DNA of 58,645 nucleotides, taken from contig CAYRFK010000004.1 in assembly GCA_964423465.1 (NCBI GenBank), forward strand, positions 1 to 58,645, read 5' to 3'. A model generated the notes under the pieces. It ran no database searches. It saw only the letters and a list, made by a program, of their open reading frames with translations, and was not told where the DNA came from. This stretch comes from an uncultured Verrucomicrobiota bacterium (GTDB taxonomy: Bacteria; Verrucomicrobiota; Kiritimatiellia; PWTM01). Position numbers and translations under genes: made by a program. Positions 55,918 to 58,645 of the stretch are shown here, piece by piece (positions within the stretch are counted from its first letter, which is position 1; the number at the start of each line of letters is the position of its first letter).

Positions 55918-55955
55918 GTTACATCTTTTGTAACGATCGTTACATTTTATGTAAC
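55918..55955. promoter_or_regulatory. Operator array: four alternating GTTACA / TGTAAC half-sites at 10-11 bp phasing
   Basis: GTTACA (55918-23), N5, TGTAAC (55929-34), N4 (GATC), GTTACA (55939-44), N5, TGTAAC (55950-55). It includes the perfect 16-bp palindrome TGTAACGATCGTTACA. This is the most AT-rich patch I noticed in the window. It lies 69 nt upstream of the HTH-EIIA ATG. Confidence 0.6.
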
Positions 55956-56023
55956 ATTGGAACACCGCGGCCGCGGGATTTCCGGCGCGTGACTTTTCGC
56001 CGATCTGCCCGTAGGATGCGCCT

Positions 56024-56776
56024 ATGCCGGCCGCCGCGCCGGAGGGTGTCATGCCGCATCGCACGTTCAATGTCCGGGAAGCCGCGGAGTACCTCCACGT
56101 CACGGAGGCGGAGGTGGACGAACTCGTCCGCGCCGGGGAGATCCCGTTCGAATCGATGGGAAACCGGGTCGTCTTCCGTCGGAAGGACATCGACGGATGG
56201 GCGTCGTGCCGCGTGCTGGGCCTCGAATGCGACGGGCTCGACGATTTTCATCGGAAGACCAGTGCCAAGTACCACGACCTTTCGCGGCAGCATGCGATCA
56301 TCCCCGAGTTGATGCGGGTCCGCTTCATCGAGCCGGCGCTGGCGGCACGTACGCGCGCGTCGCTGATCCGCGAAATGGCCGCCCTGGCCGCCGCAACCGG
56401 CCTCGTCGTGCAGCCCGAGGAACTCCGGATCAGCCTGGAGGCACGCGAGCGTCTCGCCTCCACGGCCCTGCCGGGAGGCGTCGCCATGCTGCATCCGGAG
56501 CACCACGACCCCTACATGTTCGACGACTCGTTCATCCTGCTTGCGCGGACCGTCCAGTCGCTTCCGTTCGGATCGCCCGACGGGCTGACCACGGACATCT
56601 ACTTTCTCATCGCCAGTCAGGACGATCGCATCCACCTGCATCTTCTCGCGCGCCTCTGCGCCATCTGCCACAGAACCGATGCGTTGGATCGGCTTCGCGC
56701 CGCCGACGAGGCCGTGGAGATGCTCGAGATCCTCGCCGGATCGGAGGCGGAGATCCTTCGCTCCATGGCACGGTGA
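56024..56776 (+). CDS. Fusion protein: excisionase/MerR-type HTH DNA-binding domain plus PTS EIIA type-2 (PtsN/fructose-mannitol family) domain
   Basis: The N-terminus NVREAAEYLHVTEAEVDELVRAGEIPFESMGNRVVFRRKDIDGW is HTH_17-like. The C-terminal part, with GVAMLHP (the EIIA-2 phosphorylatable His context), TDIYFLIAS and HLHLLARL, is EIIA-2-like. The start is 56024 or 56051. Confidence 0.7.
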   Translation: MPAAAPEGVMPHRTFNVREAAEYLHVTEAEVDELVRAGEIPFESMGNRVVFRRKDIDGWASCRVLGLECDGLDDFHRKTSAKYHDLSRQHAIIPELMRVRFIEPALAARTRASLIREMAALAAATGLVVQPEELRISLEARERLASTALPGGVAMLHPEHHDPYMFDDSFILLARTVQSLPFGSPDGLTTDIYFLIASQDDRIHLHLLARLCAICHRTDALDRLRAADEAVEMLEILAGSEAEILRSMAR

Positions 56777-56777
56777 G

Positions 56778-56795
56778 CGGGCGCCTTTGCGCCCG
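56778..56795. terminator. Short bidirectional hairpin between convergent genes
   Basis: CGGGCGC-CTTT-GCGCCCG (7-bp stem), lying between the stops at 56776 (+) and 56798 (-). Confidence 0.4.
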
Positions 56796-56797
56796 TC

Positions 56798-58645
56798 TCA
56801 GAAGCGCGCGTCGACGGCCAGCACGAAGTTCCGCCCCGGCTCGTTCACACCGGAGCCGTGGATGCGGTAGTCCTCGTCGGTCAGGTTCTCGACGGCCGCC
56901 GTCAGGTGCGTGTCGTTCCCTACGCGCACGCCACCCCGGATGGAGCCGATGACGTACCCGGGCGTTCCGCCGGGCGGAATGCGCTGTGTGTCGCGCAGAT
57001 CCTCGGACGAGAGATGGTCGGCCTTGCCGGCGCCGCGGACCGCGGCCTCGGCCCACCAGCGCGTGCCGGCGGGCTGCCAGCGCAAGGCGACCTCAGCGGT
57101 CGGGGGCATCAGGCGCGTCATGTTGTCCCGGACGGCCTCGGGATCAGACGTCGGATAGGTGTCGATCTCGCCGTCCATCCACGCGGCCATCCCGCGCAGC
57201 GCCCAGTCGGGCACGAACCGGTACTCGCCGGACAGTTCGACGCCCTGCACCCAGCCTTCGCCGGAGTTCCTCTTCGTGACCTCGCTCAGGTCCTCGATCG
57301 AGCGGCCCGTCGGCGTGCGGACGATGAGGTCGTCGATCAGCGTGTGATAGAACGCCGCCTGGGCGGAGGCCTTTTCTGTACGGAGCTTGATGCCCGCCTC
57401 GAGGGAGATGAACTGCTCGGGCTCCAGATCGGCCACCGGCGTCTCGACCTCGCCACTGCGGGCGATGTCAAAGCGTGTGAGATCGGAGAGGTTCGGGGCG
57501 CGGAAGCCCTGCGAGGCGCCGGCGAAGACCGCCACACGCTCCTTCGCGTCAAGCGAGAGCGAGGCGCGCAGCGATCCGACGATCGCGTCCCAGTCGCCTT
57601 CGACGCTCATGGCCTTGCCGGACACCGGATCGGCCACGCGGCCGGCCTGGGTCTGATTGTGCGTGTAACGGAGGCCGGGGATGATCTGAAGCCGGTCGTC
57701 CGCCAGCGGAATCAGATCCTGGACGTAGACTCCGACCGTGTCGTAGGTCGCGTCGTCGGCGACCGGGCCTTGGATGTCCTTCTTGCCCACGCTGCCGTCG
57801 GCCTTCAGCTTGTGGCCGTAGGAATCGATGAGGTCGCGGGCGTACTCGACGCCGTAGACCCAGCGGCCGAGATCCGTGTCGGATTCAAGCTGCAGTGAGG
57901 CGCCCCAGGTTGTGACATCGAAGCCCTTCTCTCCCGCGCTGTCGTCCTCCTTGACGCGGTACTCGTCCTCGCTCTGGTTCTGGCGGTAGACGGTCACGCT
58001 CAGGTCGTCGACGACCGGGCCGGGATCCTTCGCGGCGAGTGTCACCCACGTCAGATCGCGCGCCTGGTCGTAGGCAAGAACCTTGTCGGTGCCGTGCTTG
58101 AGCCCCTCCCAGGTCAGGCCGTACACCGTGCGGTGCGTGCGCCACGCATCGTTCTGGCGCACGGTCTGATGGCCGATGGTCAGCAGACCGCGATCGCCCA
58201 ACTGGCGCGTGATCATGGCATCGGCATCCCACTCGTCATAGCCGGTGTGGGACTGCTCGCCGACCTCGTCGCCGCCCTCGACATCGCCGAAATCCTTCAG
58301 CGAGAGGCCCGCGACGAACCCGGTCTTCTCATCCGGCCGTCCGCCCACCTGGAGTCGTCCGACGTTCGAGTTCTCCGCCGAGGAGTAGCGGTAGTAGGCG
58401 CGGCCGGTCCACGTCGGGCCGCCGGCCGGCGGGGGTTGGACGGGCAGCGCATTGACCGTGCCGCCGATGGCGTCGCTGCCGTAGAGCACGGACGACGGGC
58501 CCATGACGACCTCCAGGTCGCGCAGCGACAGTGGATCGACCGTGTTCCAATACTGGTTCGGACCGTCGCGAAAGACGGAGTTGTTCAGCCGGATGCCGTC
58601 GACCAGCATCAGGGTGCGGAAGCCGGTGAACCCGCGCAGGAAGGG
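56798..58645 (-). CDS. TonB-dependent outer-membrane receptor (N-terminus beyond the window edge)
   Basis: The frame is open to the window end. The plug region has FRDGPNQYWNTVDP and VVMGPSSVLYGSDAIGGTVN. The rest shows a beta-barrel pattern. The C-terminal end is NFVLAVDARF (terminal Phe). Confidence 0.88.
   Translation of the reverse strand, partial: PFLRGFTGFRTLMLVDGIRLNNSVFRDGPNQYWNTVDPLSLRDLEVVMGPSSVLYGSDAIGGTVNALPVQPPPAGGPTWTGRAYYRYSSAENSNVGRLQVGGRPDEKTGFVAGLSLKDFGDVEGGDEVGEQSHTGYDEWDADAMITRQLGDRGLLTIGHQTVRQNDAWRTHRTVYGLTWEGLKHGTDKVLAYDQARDLTWVTLAAKDPGPVVDDLSVTVYRQNQSEDEYRVKEDDSAGEKGFDVTTWGASLQLESDTDLGRWVYGVEYARDLIDSYGHKLKADGSVGKKDIQGPVADDATYDTVGVYVQDLIPLADDRLQIIPGLRYTHNQTQAGRVADPVSGKAMSVEGDWDAIVGSLRASLSLDAKERVAVFAGASQGFRAPNLSDLTRFDIARSGEVETPVADLEPEQFISLEAGIKLRTEKASAQAAFYHTLIDDLIVRTPTGRSIEDLSEVTKRNSGEGWVQGVELSGEYRFVPDWALRGMAAWMDGEIDTYPTSDPEAVRDNMTRLMPPTAEVALRWQPAGTRWWAEAAVRGAGKADHLSSEDLRDTQRIPPGGTPGYVIGSIRGGVRVGNDTHLTAAVENLTDEDYRIHGSGVNEPGRNFVLAVDARF

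Noticed and set aside
55855-56190. 111-aa minus-strand ORF covering the operator array and the 5' end of the HTH-EIIA gene
   Set aside because: It is antisense to a gene with clear domain motifs. The AT-rich palindromic segment is better explained as a regulatory site.

Overview
High-GC bacterial chromosomal window, about two-thirds G+C by eye. Gene content points to the PVC superphylum (Verrucomicrobiota, Kiritimatiellota, Planctomycetota or Lentisphaerota); this placement is inference, not a search result.

Positions 1-21,543 hold the 3' end of rpoC followed by one uninterrupted plus-strand ribosomal super-operon, rpsL through rplQ. It carries the str, S10, spc and alpha blocks together with secY, adk, map, infA and rpmJ. 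About a dozen gene junctions across the window are 4-nt ATGA or GTGA overlaps. This block has no tuf and no rpmD. It also has a very divergent IF-1 at the infA position and an unusual 136-nt structured spacer between rpsS and rplV.

The remaining 37 kb is accessory-type content:
- a REC-PAS-PAS-HisKA-HATPase-REC hybrid kinase
- a DUF1549/DUF1553 + DUF1501 + PPC-domain trio
- an apparent fabZ-lpxA-gspD-gspE-gspF operon with no pseudopilin genes
- two PIN-type toxin-antitoxin pairs flanking a URO-D-family gene
- a 568-nt repeat-dense non-coding region
- a Gfo/Idh/MocA + ThuA-HEAT-discoidin + xylose-isomerase-like cluster
- an ECF sigma / FecR anti-sigma pair
- a GH29 fucosidase, beta-carbonic anhydrase, NlpC/P60-like lipoprotein and sulfatase group
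- a beta-propeller/CXXCH protein + GH16-like + Gfo/Idh/MocA operon
- an HTH-PTS-EIIA fusion regulator preceded by a phased four-half-site operator array
- a partial TonB-dependent receptor

The most unusual signals I see are:
1. A set of short heptanucleotide tandem arrays, STRR-like, placed at gene ends throughout the accessory half.
2. The structured repeat region at 38.5-39.1 kb, which includes a 26-bp inverted repeat.
3. The AT-rich phased GTTACA/TGTAAC operator array next to the HTH-EIIA gene.
4. The degenerate IF-1.

No CRISPR array, tRNA, rRNA, transposase or integrase could be supported. The many long ORFs antisense to real genes are high-GC artefacts. All protein calls rest on motif recognition by eye, not on database searches.
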